64,000 bases of DNA, from positions 34,038,001 through 34,102,000 of the forward strand of contig OZ076414.1 in the NCBI GenBank assembly GCA_964187785.1, read 5' to 3'. Position numbers and translations under genes: made by a program. The DNA comes from Amphiscolops sp. MND2022 (lineage: Eukaryota). Position 1 is the first letter of the stretch; each line of letters starts with the position of its first letter. Below, piece by piece: positions 28,301 through 40,485 of the stretch. The notes below the pieces were generated by a model. It saw nothing but the letters and a program-made list of their open reading frames with translations, had not been told where the DNA came from and searched no databases.

Positions 28301-29540
28301 TTTTATATTCTCATATCAATTGATCGATATAGTAGATGGCCGGCCGCATGTATATGCGAAGCTCCTAATAGTAAAACAGCAAAAAACTTCTTAGAGCAAT
28401 ACATTGTACTAAACGGGAACCCGCAGACAATAAGAACGGATAAAGGAACTGCCTTTACCGGAAGGGAATTTAGACAAACATGTAAAAATTTAAAAAAAAT
28501 AAAAAACTAATATATGGTGCGCCATATATCCATACAGCGACAGGACTAGTCGAAAGAGGTATAAAAACCCTTAAAGATTTAATGCGAACAAAATTACAAG
28601 ATAATTGTAATTTGAACGAGGCACTATACGAAGCACTAATGGTGATGCGAATGACCGTCCATTCAAAAACAAAAGAATCACCATTCGAAAGACACTATGG
28701 CAGAAAGCCAAGAACGGAACCTACTAACTATCTAAACTTACCAACGGGTAACAAATGAATCTATTTCAGCCCAATCGGAGACCCTCCAAGTATACTCCTT
28801 TAAAAACGGAAAAGGCGGCTACGACCAATTGATCATGAAGACGCCCAAAAAACTCAAATGTGATGTGAGTAATAACTTTCCATACAACTTTTTAGAAAAA
28901 AGACAAACAAAAAACATTCGAGAGTGAATACCAAACAAAACCACAACCAGCGATAGCTGGAACAAAACATACCATAACAACCGATACAAACAAAGTAATT
29001 CACCGAAAATTAGTAATCAAACCTCTACCGAATTCATTTCGGAACCCACTCTCTCGCCGCGGGGAGAACAGGAGAGGAATAGACGGGCGATTCATTCAGT
29101 TGTCCCTACCACCACTGGAAACGGAAGATCCGGACGAAGAAGAAACCCAATCAGAAGAGGGGGAAAAGGAAAGCATACCGGTAGCAGAAACATCGACAGA
29201 GCAGATGGACGAAGAGTTTGAATTCACACCACCAACTCCGATCGGAAGGGGCGGACCAAAGTCACCAGGAGCAGGCAACCTGAAGCTTCATGTGGAAAAC
29301 ATGAATGAACAACGACTGGAACAAGCTCTTGAAACAATCAACGAGAACCCAACAACCACCACAATCATTGACAATAATGGTAACGAAAGTTATATAAAAA
29401 CAGAAATAAATGAAATTCCAAACACAAGCGAAATAAATAGTAATAATAACCAACCAATTAGAAGATCTTCAAGACTAAGAAAAAATAACCCAATAGTAAG
29501 GTTTGGAAACCCGTTAACTCATTTACCCGTTTACAGGTAA
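25323..29540 (+). pseudogene. pol: pol (protease remnant, RT, RNase H, insert, integrase, acidic C-terminal tail), disrupted
   Basis: RT: FVSPAVIT, WLDD. RNase H: TTDAS..GLGA, ELELLA, TDHQAL. Integrase: HKGYH...CNDCIPC, LDFVGP, RTDKG, GLVERGI. In-frame stops at 27152 and 27620, plus several frameshifts. Confidence 0.92.
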
Positions 29541-29837
29541 CACCGTTGACAAAATCAACGAGAAGTTCACCCAGCCACAGAGTGAATAAAAAAGGACCGG
29601 ACGGAGAAGCAGAACACGCGAAGTCACACCCGGTGACAAGCATAGCGGAAGAGGAGCGATGATCCAGAAGTATTACCTGGAACTTTATGTTTATTCATCA
29701 CATTTTCAAGTGATGAAAACTAAAACATTTTCATGTATCAGTGTATGTGCGATAACTTTATTTTGTTTAAACTTATACTGTATTAACCTCTGAGTTATTA
29801 TTAGCAGATTGTACAATCTGGCCCGTAAAGGGGGGAA

Positions 29838-30043
29838 TGTAGAATAGAGCATGGTAAAGGTCACAATGTCATGTAAGATTACATAACTTCATACCATACT
29901 GTCTATGACCATATTACATAATGTACCTGCTAACATAGTACTGAAGATTACTGTATATCTTAACAACACAATAACCTTAGATACAGTTACAATTCAGTAT
30001 TACATTCCTTACCTCTTTTGAATATAACCGATTACATACAACA
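29838..30043 (+). repeat. 3' LTR of Mag-like element (206 bp)
   Basis: Direct repeat of 24087-24292, preceded by the polypurine tract aaaggggggaa. Confidence 0.95.
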
Positions 30044-31961
30044 CCCTTCTAACCTTATATCTTTGTCTGTGACAATTTAGTGTCAAAAGGTTTTTTCACA
30101 TTCACAGTATTTCTCGTTCTCGAATTGAAATATCCGGTCAAAAACTTTTGGTGGTTCGAGGAAAACAGAGAAGAGCCGAATGAAAATATAATTTAACTGG
30201 CAAACCATTGAAGCGTGTACTTTTCTCGCGAATATTTTCTAGAGTGGTGTTAGTTTCGTCTCAAGATATGTTCTCGCGACAATCATACAAATTATTGCCA
30301 TGTCTCCGCGTTGAACTTGTGAACCTTTCACAGACAAGTTCCCCGGGAAAGAACCTTCTAGTGCTACTTACTACCTCCTCAAAAATTATAAGTATATTTT
30401 TCCTGATGATTGCTATGTTTTCGTCTATTTTCAAAATTTTTCATGAAACATCAGCAAACATTCATTCACCATGGGCCAATTGAAAGGTATTGGAAACGAC
30501 GTCATTTTTGCATTAAACCTAATCACACAGATATGTTTCAAGTCCTTTATTGTTATTTTGAGTACACCCTGTCTCATGGTACTTTCAAAGACGCTCCATT
30601 CAATTTTTTTCCTTTTTATGTCTGGATAGTTGATGCATTTTAAATGAATGCATATTTCGAAACGTCTAAGATTTGAATTCATGAACACAAAAATTGAGTC
30701 ATCGTGAAGGAAACAGATGCAAAAAACTTTGTGTAAAAGCTAGTTCAATTGATTCTTTCAACAAATGACGAGCTTCATTTGAAAGGAAACGACAAGGGCT
30801 ATGTTCAGAAAAAATAGTCTCCAAACCTGGCTCAACCCAAATATGAAGGCAGTAAACTTCAATTGAGACCATTGCCAAACAAACTAGTTTCAAAAACTGT
30901 AATGTGTTTAATAAGTAGCTTCAACAATCGGCTGAGAATTGCTTCAATACTGTTATCTCTTGGTTTTACTATTAGTTTTTTTCTTAGTTTTATTTCTTTC
31001 ACTGTTTTACTAATACTAAAATAATTCCCGTAATTATCAATCATGATACACAACATTGGCAGAGTAGTCACATGAACTTTATTTACCCCGTAATGAAAAA
31101 ACGAATCTATTCTATCGGAATAGTTGGTAAGTGTGACTAGAGAATCACGGATCGGTAACTACTTCGCTGGTTATTATGTCATACACATCAAATAAACATG
31201 CGGAAAACAACCATGAAATCTATTCAACAATTGCGAATATTAAAGATTATTACCTTCGGCATAATACGGACAATATTGAAAAGCATTTAGCATAAGGAAT
31301 CAATTAACAAGGGTTTAAGAATGTAGATTGGGTATCCCGGAGAATGGGAGTGAGATACGCGTTCTCAAAATCTTCAAGTATCTTCCGCAAATCTTCTCAT
31401 GCACGATTGAAACGGGTCGCCCCAACAAAGGTTTTGCAGTCCCATACCGCACAGCAGTAAGCCAAACAGTTCGCTAGATTTCAACTCTTGTGTGTGTTAT
31501 AGAATGGCGCACACATCGGCCTGAGTAATGTCTTCAGAACTCTAGTAATGTAGTGAATAATATTTGTCAATTTCATTTTTTGGCTTCTGATTAAGTGATG
31601 AGCGGTACCGCTTTTTCTACCTCGGCACAGAAGGATTTACTACCTTTTCTCACATCATTAGTGGATCTGGTCCCTTTTTTTGACAATCATGACTAGTCAC
31701 CAATTTTCGTGTTCAATAAAAGTTCAGTGGAGGTGCAAATGAATCAATGTTTGTCATTCGGACTAGCACGACATCGGTTTCGAGAGTGACATTTGTGATC
31801 TTCAGCAAGTCCAATTTTCCCACACGACTCAAAAAACTTCGCTTTAACTAAAAATTGGAATTGGCCGAAAGAATGTTTTCCAACAACTTCTTCGATCTAA
31901 AAAGAACAGTTTTCGAAGATTTTGAAGAGAAGCTGTGTTTTTACGAGTCGGAAAACGTTTT

Positions 31962-32526
31962 TATTAGGCTAGGACGTGGCTGAGCAGTGAAGACTTTCGT
32001 TTAGAAAGACAATTAGAAAAAGCAGTTAATTTGAAGATTAGTTTGGAAGGCTATTTCAGTTGATGAGCGCTGTGAAAAATTGTGGAAAGCACCGGGTATT
32101 TATACTCCAAAAAGTAAACATGACATTTATTAAAGGTTGGGGACTTTGGAAGAATGCGGATGTGAATTTCCTTGATTTTTACAATCGAACATTCTGGAAG
32201 GAATTTTCCATCACATCATCATGAAAAAATGTAATACTTCAATGCAATAATCATGAACTTCAGAATCGCTTCATAATCCAATTTTGAGGTCATAGATGGG
32301 AGTCAGATGTTTGATATTTACGATACTTTCGACAGGTTGAACTTGAAAGGTTAAACATCAACAAATAATTCGAGTAAGCTAGCAACATCATTTAATTCAT
32401 TGCTCGAACAACTTGAAGTTTGCTAACATATCAGGTTAGTTTGTTTCTGCTCCATTTTGAGCTATTATAAAATAAAAGTATAAGTTTTGTAGCTCCAGAA
32501 ATTTGACTAAGTTCTTTTCCTCAACA
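31962..32526 (-). repeat. 3' LTR of copia element
   Basis: Direct repeat of 37122-37686, preceded on the minus strand by the PPT GAGTGGGGG. Confidence 0.93.
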
Positions 32527-32533
32527 CCCCCAC

Positions 32534-35500
32534 TCAGATTGTTCCGGATGTCGTAGGAAGAATCTGCATTGAACCCAAAAGTTGCTTTCGATGTTGCTCC
32601 ACTTTCACTTGTGGAAGTGCCTTCGTCAACAGATCTGCTGCCAGTTGATCAGTTGGCGTATAGACTAGTTGAATTGAATTGTCATCAACTTTCTCCCGTA
32701 TGAAGTGGAATTTCGTGTCAATATGTTTTGATCGCTTGTGCATCACAGGGTTAGTTGCCAGCTTGATGCAACTTTGATTGTCTTCCCCAATGATGGTCGG
32801 CTGTGTCTGTTCGTAGCCCATTTCACACAAAAGTGATCGCAAGAAGATTGCTTCTTGCACTGCACCAGCCAGACCTTGATATTCTGCTTCACATGATGAG
32901 AGTGCCACAGTCTGCTCCTTCTTAGTTTGCCAGCTTACTGCTCCCCCACTTAATCCAAGTTTGAAGAAGTAGCCAGTGGTCGAACGTCTGTCATCATGAT
33001 CGCCACTCCAGTCTGCATCACTTTCTCCATTTAGATTGAAGTCACCGTCTCGTGAGTAGACCAGTTTGAGTGACTTCGTGGCTTGAAGATAGCGGAGGAC
33101 ACGTTTGCCAGCCAGCCAGTGAGTGTTAGTTGGTTTGTCCATGAATCGAGAGAGCACATTGACGATCCATACTATATCTGGCCTAGTTTGCTTAGCTATG
33201 TATAGTAGGGAGCCTACCAAACTTCTGTATAGTCTCTCATCAACTAATGCTTCACTCTCACTTGCCTTAACTAATCTGAGATTGTTTTCCGCTGGCGTTT
33301 TCGAAGGATTGCTGTCTTGCATACTAAATTTCTCTATGACGCTTTCAATGTATGTTTCCTGGTCAAGAGTTATTTTGTTTCTTTCCTGACTTATTTGCAT
33401 GCCTAGGAACCATTCGAGTTTTCCTCGATCGTCCATTTTAAATTTTCCTTCAAGAGTTTTCTTTAACTCCTCAATGTCCTCATCGTTGCTACCTGCTATT
33501 ACTAGATCATCTACCCAACTTAGAACGTACAACTTTCTTTTGGCTTGTTTTTTAATGAAAAGACAGTAGTCATTTTTGCTACGACTGAAATTTTGCTGTA
33601 TAAGGAAGTTCGCTAACTCCTCATACCAATTTTTAGACGCCTGTTTCAATCCGTAAATTGATTTGTTTAATTTACAGACAAGCTTGTTTCCCGAGCTGTC
33701 TGTTTCCTCAAAGCCTGTCGGTTGCTCGAGGTATATCTCTTCTTTGATTTGTGGATGTAAGTAGGCTGACTTTACATCCATTTGCCTTAGCGTAAAATGT
33801 TCTTTCGCTGCTAACGAAAGAATGAGTCGAAAGGTTTCTGGTTTGCTGGTTGGAGCAAACGTTTCTGCATAGTCTATGCCTTCAATTTGTTTGAAACCTT
33901 TAGCAACGTATCGGGCTTTATATTTTTCTATTCTGCCATCAGCTTTTGTTTTCACTTTGTAAACCCATTTTCCGGGAATTACATTTTTCTGACTTGGCCG
34001 CTGGACTAGGTTCCAAGTTTTTGTTTCATGAAGACACTCGAGCTCTTTTTCCATGGCGTCTTGCCATTTTTTGCTATCAATGGACTTTACAGCCTCTTCG
34101 TAAGTTTCAGGTTCTTTGGGAAAGAACGTTGAATTGTGGCTGTAGCTCTGACCATATCTTTGAGGAGGATTTCGTGACCGATCCTCTCGCTTGAGTTCCT
34201 TAGCTTCTTTCCTGGCATCTTTCATCTCATAGTACTTATCCCATCTCTCATGTAACACTTTTTCACTTGACGGGATTGCAATTTTCAGGTACTGTCCTGT
34301 TAGTTCCAATTTACTGGGTACTTTAGTTTTTGGTCTCACGACCTTAGGTGTTCGCTGAACATCACTTGATGTCTGAAAGCGTTCCTGTAGGACAGGAATT
34401 CTTGAAGGCCTTGCCTGGAAATTTTGATCTGTCCTACTGGACGTTAGTTCCTGAACCTTCACTTTTGAGTTAGGAATTATCGGGTTAGTAGTGTCAACGT
34501 TACTTTCAGATTCGCTACTTGATGAATTTTCTTCATCAGTGACGTTTTCAACTTTCACTTCAACTTCAGGACTCTCGTCCTTCACTTCTATTTCTGGTAT
34601 ACTTTCCGGCTCGTTATTCTCACTTTCATCAAACGTTACATCGAAAAGAAGATCATCATTTTCGTCTTCTCTTGCTTCGTTGGTGAACCCAACGATCTTT
34701 TTTTTCGTTGAACACGACGTTGCGGGCTCGTGTCAACTTCCTAGTTTCAATATCTTGCAACAGGTACGCTGTGCTGTTGCTGTCGTAGCCGAGAAACACA
34801 TGTTTCCGTGCTTTGGCATCGAACTTTGATTTTTCACGTTTTCGGTTTTTAACGTATGCTAGACAACCGAAAACCTTCAGATGATCTATTTTGGGTTTTT
34901 TACCCCAAAATTTCTCATAAGGCGTTTTCTCGTTTTGGGCCTTTTTAACTAGGTTTCTCACATAGGCTGCTGTGTCAACAGCTCTGAGCCAATATCATTT
35001 TGGGACTTTTGACTCAATTAAAAGACTTCGAGCGGTCTCTACAACTGTTCGATTGTATCGCTCTGCGACACCATTCTGTTCCGGAGTTTCAGGAACGGTG
35101 TATTCAGTCTTGATTTTGTTGTTGGTACAGAATTTTTTGAAGTTTTTGTTCGTATACTCGGTGCCATTGTCTGACCGGAGTATACGGGGAGTCCCGCATT
35201 CAGCAATGTACTCCTTGAATTTTTGCAAAACTTGGTTTTTGTGTCGCATGAACTTCACACAAGCATGCGAACTGTATTCATCGACGAACGTTACGAAGTA
35301 TCTAAATCCATCTTTACTCGATGGAGTGATTGGTCCAACAACATCGCTGAAAACTCTTTCGCGAGCTTTCGTAGCTTTATTTTCAGATCGTTTTGGGACA
35401 GGAGTTTTGGTTATTTTGGCTAAGCAACAAGTTTCGCATTTTTCGTCAATCTCCGAGAAGTTTTTCGAAACCGAGGTTTTTATGTCTCTATAATTCACGT

Positions 35501-36005
35501 GTCCGAAACGTTTGTGCCAAAGTTGTGCCTCGTTTGACCCCCACTCAAATTCGCAAAGTGGTTTCCTTGCTTTGGGGTCATGCGTAGAAAGAAAAGATTT
35601 CCTTTTCTTTTAATGGGGAATTTCTCTTTGCTTTTGAGGCAAAGGAAATTGTTTTTCGCATGGTGAACAACTGTGTGTCCATTGTCTACAATACGCGATA
35701 CCGAGATTAGGTTAGTTCGGTATCCTGGCACAAATAAAGCTTTTCTGAAAACTAAAGACTTAATTTTCCCCTTTAAATCTTTGGCTAAGACCTCGACTTC
35801 TCCTATTCCTAGGACTTTCGTGTTACCTCCATCGGGATTGGTAACAGTCGTTTCTATTTCTTTGAGGTTTTTGAACCAGTTTTTGTTCACTATTACATGA
35901 TCTGTACTTCCTGAATCTACAACTAGATCCTTTGCTGTTGCCTCACTTGATCCTCCTGACTTGAGACTTGATGCTAAGCTACCGTGCTTGCCTCCCTTGG
36001 AATTT
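32534..36005 (-). pseudogene. pol: Copia pol (PR, GAG-pre-integrase, IN, RT, RNase H) with 2 frameshifts and 1 nonsense codon
   Basis: PR: LVVDSGSTDH. WHKRFGH...CETC. IN: SDVVGP, RSDNG.EY, QNGVAER. RT: QMDVKSAYL, WVDD. RNase H: SDADW, EAEY, EDNQ, DLLTK. The RT-RH ORF 32534-34585 is intact. Confidence 0.93.
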
Positions 36006-36905
36006 TCAGCTTTTTTTCATACATGCCTTTTCAAAATGGCCTTTCATTTTGCAATAATTACATTCGGCCTTATCCTTATGGAAACAATCTGCTTTTACGT
36101 GTCCTTTAATGCCACAGCAGTAGCATGTCTGTCCTGTGTTCAACTTAGGCGCAGCGTTATATTTACCCAATGACTTGGGTTTTCGCCTGTGTCTCTTGCT
36201 TGCCCTTGCCACATGTGAATCATCGTCGTCTAGTTTCTCCCTGTGTTGACGGCTTTCCTCGTAATTGGTTAGACGTGTCCTCAGCTCCACAAAGCTGCCA
36301 GCTGGATTGAAACTCTCTTGGACAACGAAGTGCTCGTAGCGCTCAGGTAAACCATTGAGCACCATCGCATTGAGCAGTGGCTCTGAAAGATGTTCCCCTG
36401 CTTGCTCCAGGCGAGTTGAGAGCTCTTGGGCTCTGATGAAGTAGTTGTGGAGTGCCTCGTCTTCTCTTAGTGCCAAGCGAGCCAGTTGCCTCATCACACT
36501 CACAACAGTGACTGTTTCATTGCTTCTGAACCTCTCTTGCAGAAGCCCCCATGTCTTGTGACCGTCACCGAGGCCTTTGTGATCAACGCAGTCATGCCGG
36601 ATCAACATCAGACTTGTAGAATCGAGAACCATCGCAAGGTAGCACCAGAGTGTGTTCTTGCGTTTCTCGATGTCGTCGAGAGCACGTCGATGTGCTGCTT
36701 CAGCTGCGTCGTGAGCAGCGCGGGCTTCGTCCGTTGGGTCATTACCAAGCCGCGTTGGTGGAGTTGGGGGTCGCTCATTGCCAGTGAGCGTGTCGAAGAG
36801 GCCTTTCCTTTGAGAAAAGGCTAGAAATCTGGTGCTCCAGATTGGGTAGTCCTCCGTTAGGCCCGAGAAGCAGAGCCATTTGAGATTATTGCTATTGCTT
36901 TCCAT
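36006..36905 (-). CDS. gag: Copia gag with two CCHC zinc knuckles
   Basis: Likely start MESNSNNLKW. Copia gag helical domain (LGDGHKTW..L.ERF, LNGLPERYEHF) and knuckles CYCCGIKGHVKADC and CNYCKMKGHFEKAC. Frameshift into the protease at an A-run. Confidence 0.9.
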   Translation of the reverse strand: MESNSNNLKWLCFSGLTEDYPIWSTRFLAFSQRKGLFDTLTGNERPPTPPTRLGNDPTDEARAAHDAAEAAHRRALDDIEKRKNTLWCYLAMVLDSTSLMLIRHDCVDHKGLGDGHKTWGLLQERFRSNETVTVVSVMRQLARLALREDEALHNYFIRAQELSTRLEQAGEHLSEPLLNAMVLNGLPERYEHFVVQESFNPAGSFVELRTRLTNYEESRQHREKLDDDDSHVARASKRHRRKPKSLGKYNAAPKLNTGQTCYCCGIKGHVKADCFHKDKAECNYCKMKGHFEKACMKKS

Positions 36906-37107
36906 TTCAAGTTTTTTCGAACCTACTAAGCTCAGCCGATAGTTTATTTTTTCTATCGTTGAGTAGTGCAATGCTAACCTCCCAGTCACAACCTGTCTAA
37001 ACCGGAACCGGGTTAGCTACTCAACGGCTGAGACCCTACTAAGCCTTTTGAATTAGGACGTGGGATCTACTCCCCCTAGATTGATTGGACAGCTTAATTG
37101 CCTTTCG

Positions 37108-37121
37108 CTGGGCCCATAACC
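37108..37121 (-). promoter_or_regulatory. Copia-type PBS (internal initiator tRNA-Met half-molecule type)
   Basis: GGTTATGGGCCCAG, the motif known from Drosophila copia. Confidence 0.85.
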
Positions 37122-37686
37122 TATAAGGCTAGGACGTGGCTGAGCAGTGAAGACTTTCGTTTAGAAAGACAATTAGAAAAAGCAGTTAATGTGAAGATTA
37201 GTTTGGAAGGCTATTTCAGTTGATGAGCGCTGTGAAAAATTGTGGAAAGCACCGGGTATTTATACTCCAAAAAGTAAACATGACATTTATTAAAGGTTGG
37301 GGACTTTGGAAGAATGCGGATGTGAATTTCCTTGATTTTTACAATCGAACATTCTGGAAGGAATTTTCCATCACACCATCATAAAAAAATGTAATACTTC
37401 AATGCAATAATCATGAACTTCAGAATCGCTTCATAATCCAATTTTGAGGTCATAGATGGGACTCAGATGTTTGATATTTACGATACTTTCGACAGGTTGA
37501 ACTTGAAAGGTTAAACATCAACAAATAATTCGAGTAAGCTAGCAACATCATTTAATTCATTGCTCGAACAACTTGAAGTTTGCTAACATATCAGGTTAGT
37601 TTGTTTCTTCTCCATTTTGAGCTATTATAAAATAAAAGTATAAGTTTTGTAGCTCCAGAAATTTGACTAAGTTCTTTTCCTCAACA
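37122..37686 (-). repeat. 5' LTR of copia element (TG...TA termini)
   Basis: On the minus strand it begins TGTTGAGG and ends ...CCTTATA, followed directly by the PBS. Confidence 0.93.
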
Positions 37687-38409
37687 GTTTTCGACCTATT
37701 ATGCAATTGTACTTTTTTCCCCACCGTTCAAGAACGTTTTCTCAAAAACTGGCAGTAAAAAATGACCGAGAAAACTAGCTAAATTTAGCCCGTAAATGAC
37801 CAAAAACTGCCATTTTTAGACATTTTTGATTTTCTCAAAAACTGCCCATTCTATTCGAACCATAATTTTTACAACCATTGTGCACCGTATTACTGTCCTA
37901 TCAGTACAATGCCATCAAAAATATTTGACTGTAATTTGCGAAACATAGTCGAAATTTGTCCTAAAATAACCGAATGACTATGTAGTATACAATTTTCAAA
38001 TCAATTTTCAACTCTTTCACCGCACGTACGGTTCTGGTCCATCTCGCCTTTCTAGGAATATTCAAAACATGCATCCAAAAAGCTAAAACTTGCTTCTCCA
38101 TTACAGACTTTTAGTTTTCACTCTTCCACAGTAAAATTTGGCCTTGAAAAACAGTTGGTCGAAAATAAGATCAAAATTTGTCGACAATTTCAATTTTGGA
38201 GTGCTCGTAGTCACTCATTTCTAATGAAATATCATGGGGACGTGCACAACCATATCCCATGCGATTAGGCGTATTTTGCGCTTTAGATGAGGCCTCTAAC
38301 ACATCTCAACAGTTTTCGGTGTTCCTTTTTCTGATAACAGTTGTTATTAGTTTTCAAATGAAATGATCTCCAACTATTTATGCGCACACGTGCAGTACTG
38401 TACGATAAC

Positions 38410-40483
38410 TGTAAAGGTTCGATTGGGTTTAGGAGAAATTAGCCTTCTGAGATTCTTGATCAATAGTGTTTAGGAGTTAGTTTGCGACTATGCCTTCCTA
38501 AACCTTTACAAAAGTTGTCTCTAGGTCTTCCGAGTTCGCAGGAAGGACTTTGTTTCGAGAGAAGAGTTTGAATATATGAAAAGAATTTGAATTAGTTCGA
38601 GTATTATATTCAACAATGTTTGTTTTTACACAATACGCAAGAATACAATACAAACAGAATAATGTAATCATCCAAGTTGACACAAATATCCAATCAATAA
38701 TATCTGAATTGCTTAGCATTCACCACAAATAAATACATCAATTATTTAGGGAGCAATGTTCAGGTAAGTTGTTTAAATACTATAAAAACTGGAATTTTCT
38801 GATCTTATTGTCCAACAATTTGGTTAGGACAAGTGTGCTGACTTTTGGCCAGAATTCCAGTCTATTCAGACCGGTTTGGGGTTCCTAGAGTTCTCAACAA
38901 TGTAGTGAGAGTTACTAAGTCTATTGACAATTTACGTGAAAGGTTTGTCACACGTTCTAGCTTATAGGAAGCGAAGAACTAGCTTATAGGAAGCTGAGAG
39001 TTAAATAAAATAGTTTTAGCCTATATGACCAGCCAATTACTAGGTCGAAGACAGGGTTGTCTTGAGCATAGACTTATAAGAAGTCTTGCGAATCTAAGTA
39101 AATTAAAGGTCTTATCTAACCAGCATTCGCTAGGTTTTTGTTCGGACAAGATTGCCGATTGGGCTCGATCCAGAGGTTCGGTGCCGTGTTCTAAGAGTTT
39201 TAACCTATTGCAATGGACCAGCAAGTTTGCTAGGTCGAGAGGAAGACAAGTTTGTCTAAAGACTTTGAAGAAGTCTTGTGAGTCTAAGTGAGTTAAAAGG
39301 CCTTATTTCAACCAGCAGTTTGCTAGGTTGCTTTTTAGACAAGATTGTCAGAATTCTGTTCAATACTTTATAAGGTTACATGCATTTTACTTTTTAATCA
39401 GTTTGTTTTACTTGCAAGTTAGCTGCAGTTATTGAGATGATCTAGACTAGCAGTCGCTAAGTCTTGACGCAATCGCGTACTAAGAGGAAAGTGATCTCCG
39501 TCGAGAATTGTTTGGGAGCGTTTAGCTCTAGTTAGTTTTCCCTATGATTTTCATAGGAGAACCTTGTCGGTTGTTTGTCTCTTCAGTCACTAGGACTGGG
39601 GGTTGTCTATAAAAGACAGGTAGGAAAAGGGAGCAAAGAAAAAAGAGAAAAATTTTGAGTTGTGAATTTTGAAGTTATTTTCTAAGTTAAAGAAAATAAC
39701 TAACCTGAAGTTTGAAGCAAAGATTGGGTCGGAGAGATTTGTTCTCGCAAGAGAGAGATTTTTTGAGTGAGATGATTTATAGCAGAGGCGAAGAGGAGAG
39801 TCAGAGTGAGAGTGTGCGAGGGATTTATGCGAGAAAATTATATCTCAATTTGCTAGAGTCCGGCTTTTTATACGAGCCGACCGAACGGTACAACCAATCA
39901 AATCGATTGGCGTTTTTTATTGGATACGAAATTATTTCGTCATTATCTCGTCAATATTTTGTCCATAATTGGAATCGCATTCACTATTGGATGCAACCGA
40001 ATAGAAGTCGGCGGGGATTGCATCAGCTACCGAATATGTTCGGCTAACCGAGTTGGCTGACGCAACTCTTTGTATTTGTCAGGGGAATTAATCCTCTCAA
40101 GTGGGGGACTTTGTTCCCACTTGAGAATTCTTTTGTTTAAAATTGAGAATTTGGCCGTACAAGTGGCGCCTATTATTCTCTTTTCAGAGATATTTACTGG
40201 CACAAGTGGCGTCGCATATTGTCTTTTCAGGGGAGATAAAAGATAATTGTTTGCACAAGTGGCAAGCGTTTTCTTTCGTAGAGGGGAATTCTCCCTTTCA
40301 TATGACGCGCAGCTGTAATTTTGTTTATCTCTAAAATTCTTTCGAGCGTGCCTGGAGAATTGAAAGAATTTGAGTAAGAGTTCACAAAAATTGAATAAAA
40401 AAAATTCTAGCTCCGATTGAATAATTTTCTAAATATGTTTTTTCAAATATTAAAATGAAGAAAAAGTTGTGTTAAACATAACA
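38410..40483 (-). repeat. 3' LTR of giant element (2,074 bp)
   Basis: Direct repeat of 55562-57635, with internal duplications (16-bp ctagcttataggaagc x2; an ~190-bp-period degenerate pair). Confidence 0.96.
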
Positions 40484-40485
40484 AC

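Larger units (their letters stand above)
24087..30043 (+). mobile_element. Ty3/gypsy LTR retrotransposon (Mag-like), full length but coding-defective
   Basis: 206-bp TG...CA LTRs at both ends, 5-bp TSD CCCTT (24082-24086 / 30044-30048), PBS, PPT, and gag-(PR)-RT-RH-IN order. Confidence 0.95.
31962..37686 (-). mobile_element. Ty1/copia LTR retrotransposon, full length
   Basis: 565-bp LTRs (about 6 mismatches counted), 5-bp TSD GTTTT (31957-31961 / 37687-37691), copia-type PBS, PPT, and gag-PR-IN-RT-RH order. Confidence 0.96.

Noticed and set aside
30200-31900. Decayed coding-like minus-strand fragments between the Mag and copia elements
   Set aside because: Multiple stops and no motif I can assign. 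May be an old transposon remnant; needs a translated search.
33123-36824. + strand ORFs over the copia element (likewise antisense ORFs over the gypsy gag/pol genes)
   Set aside because: These are antisense shadows of coding regions caused by codon bias.
38498-40334. Short ORFs inside the giant LTRs (and their twins at 55650-57486)
   Set aside because: They are duplicated only because the LTR is duplicated; no motifs or coding features.
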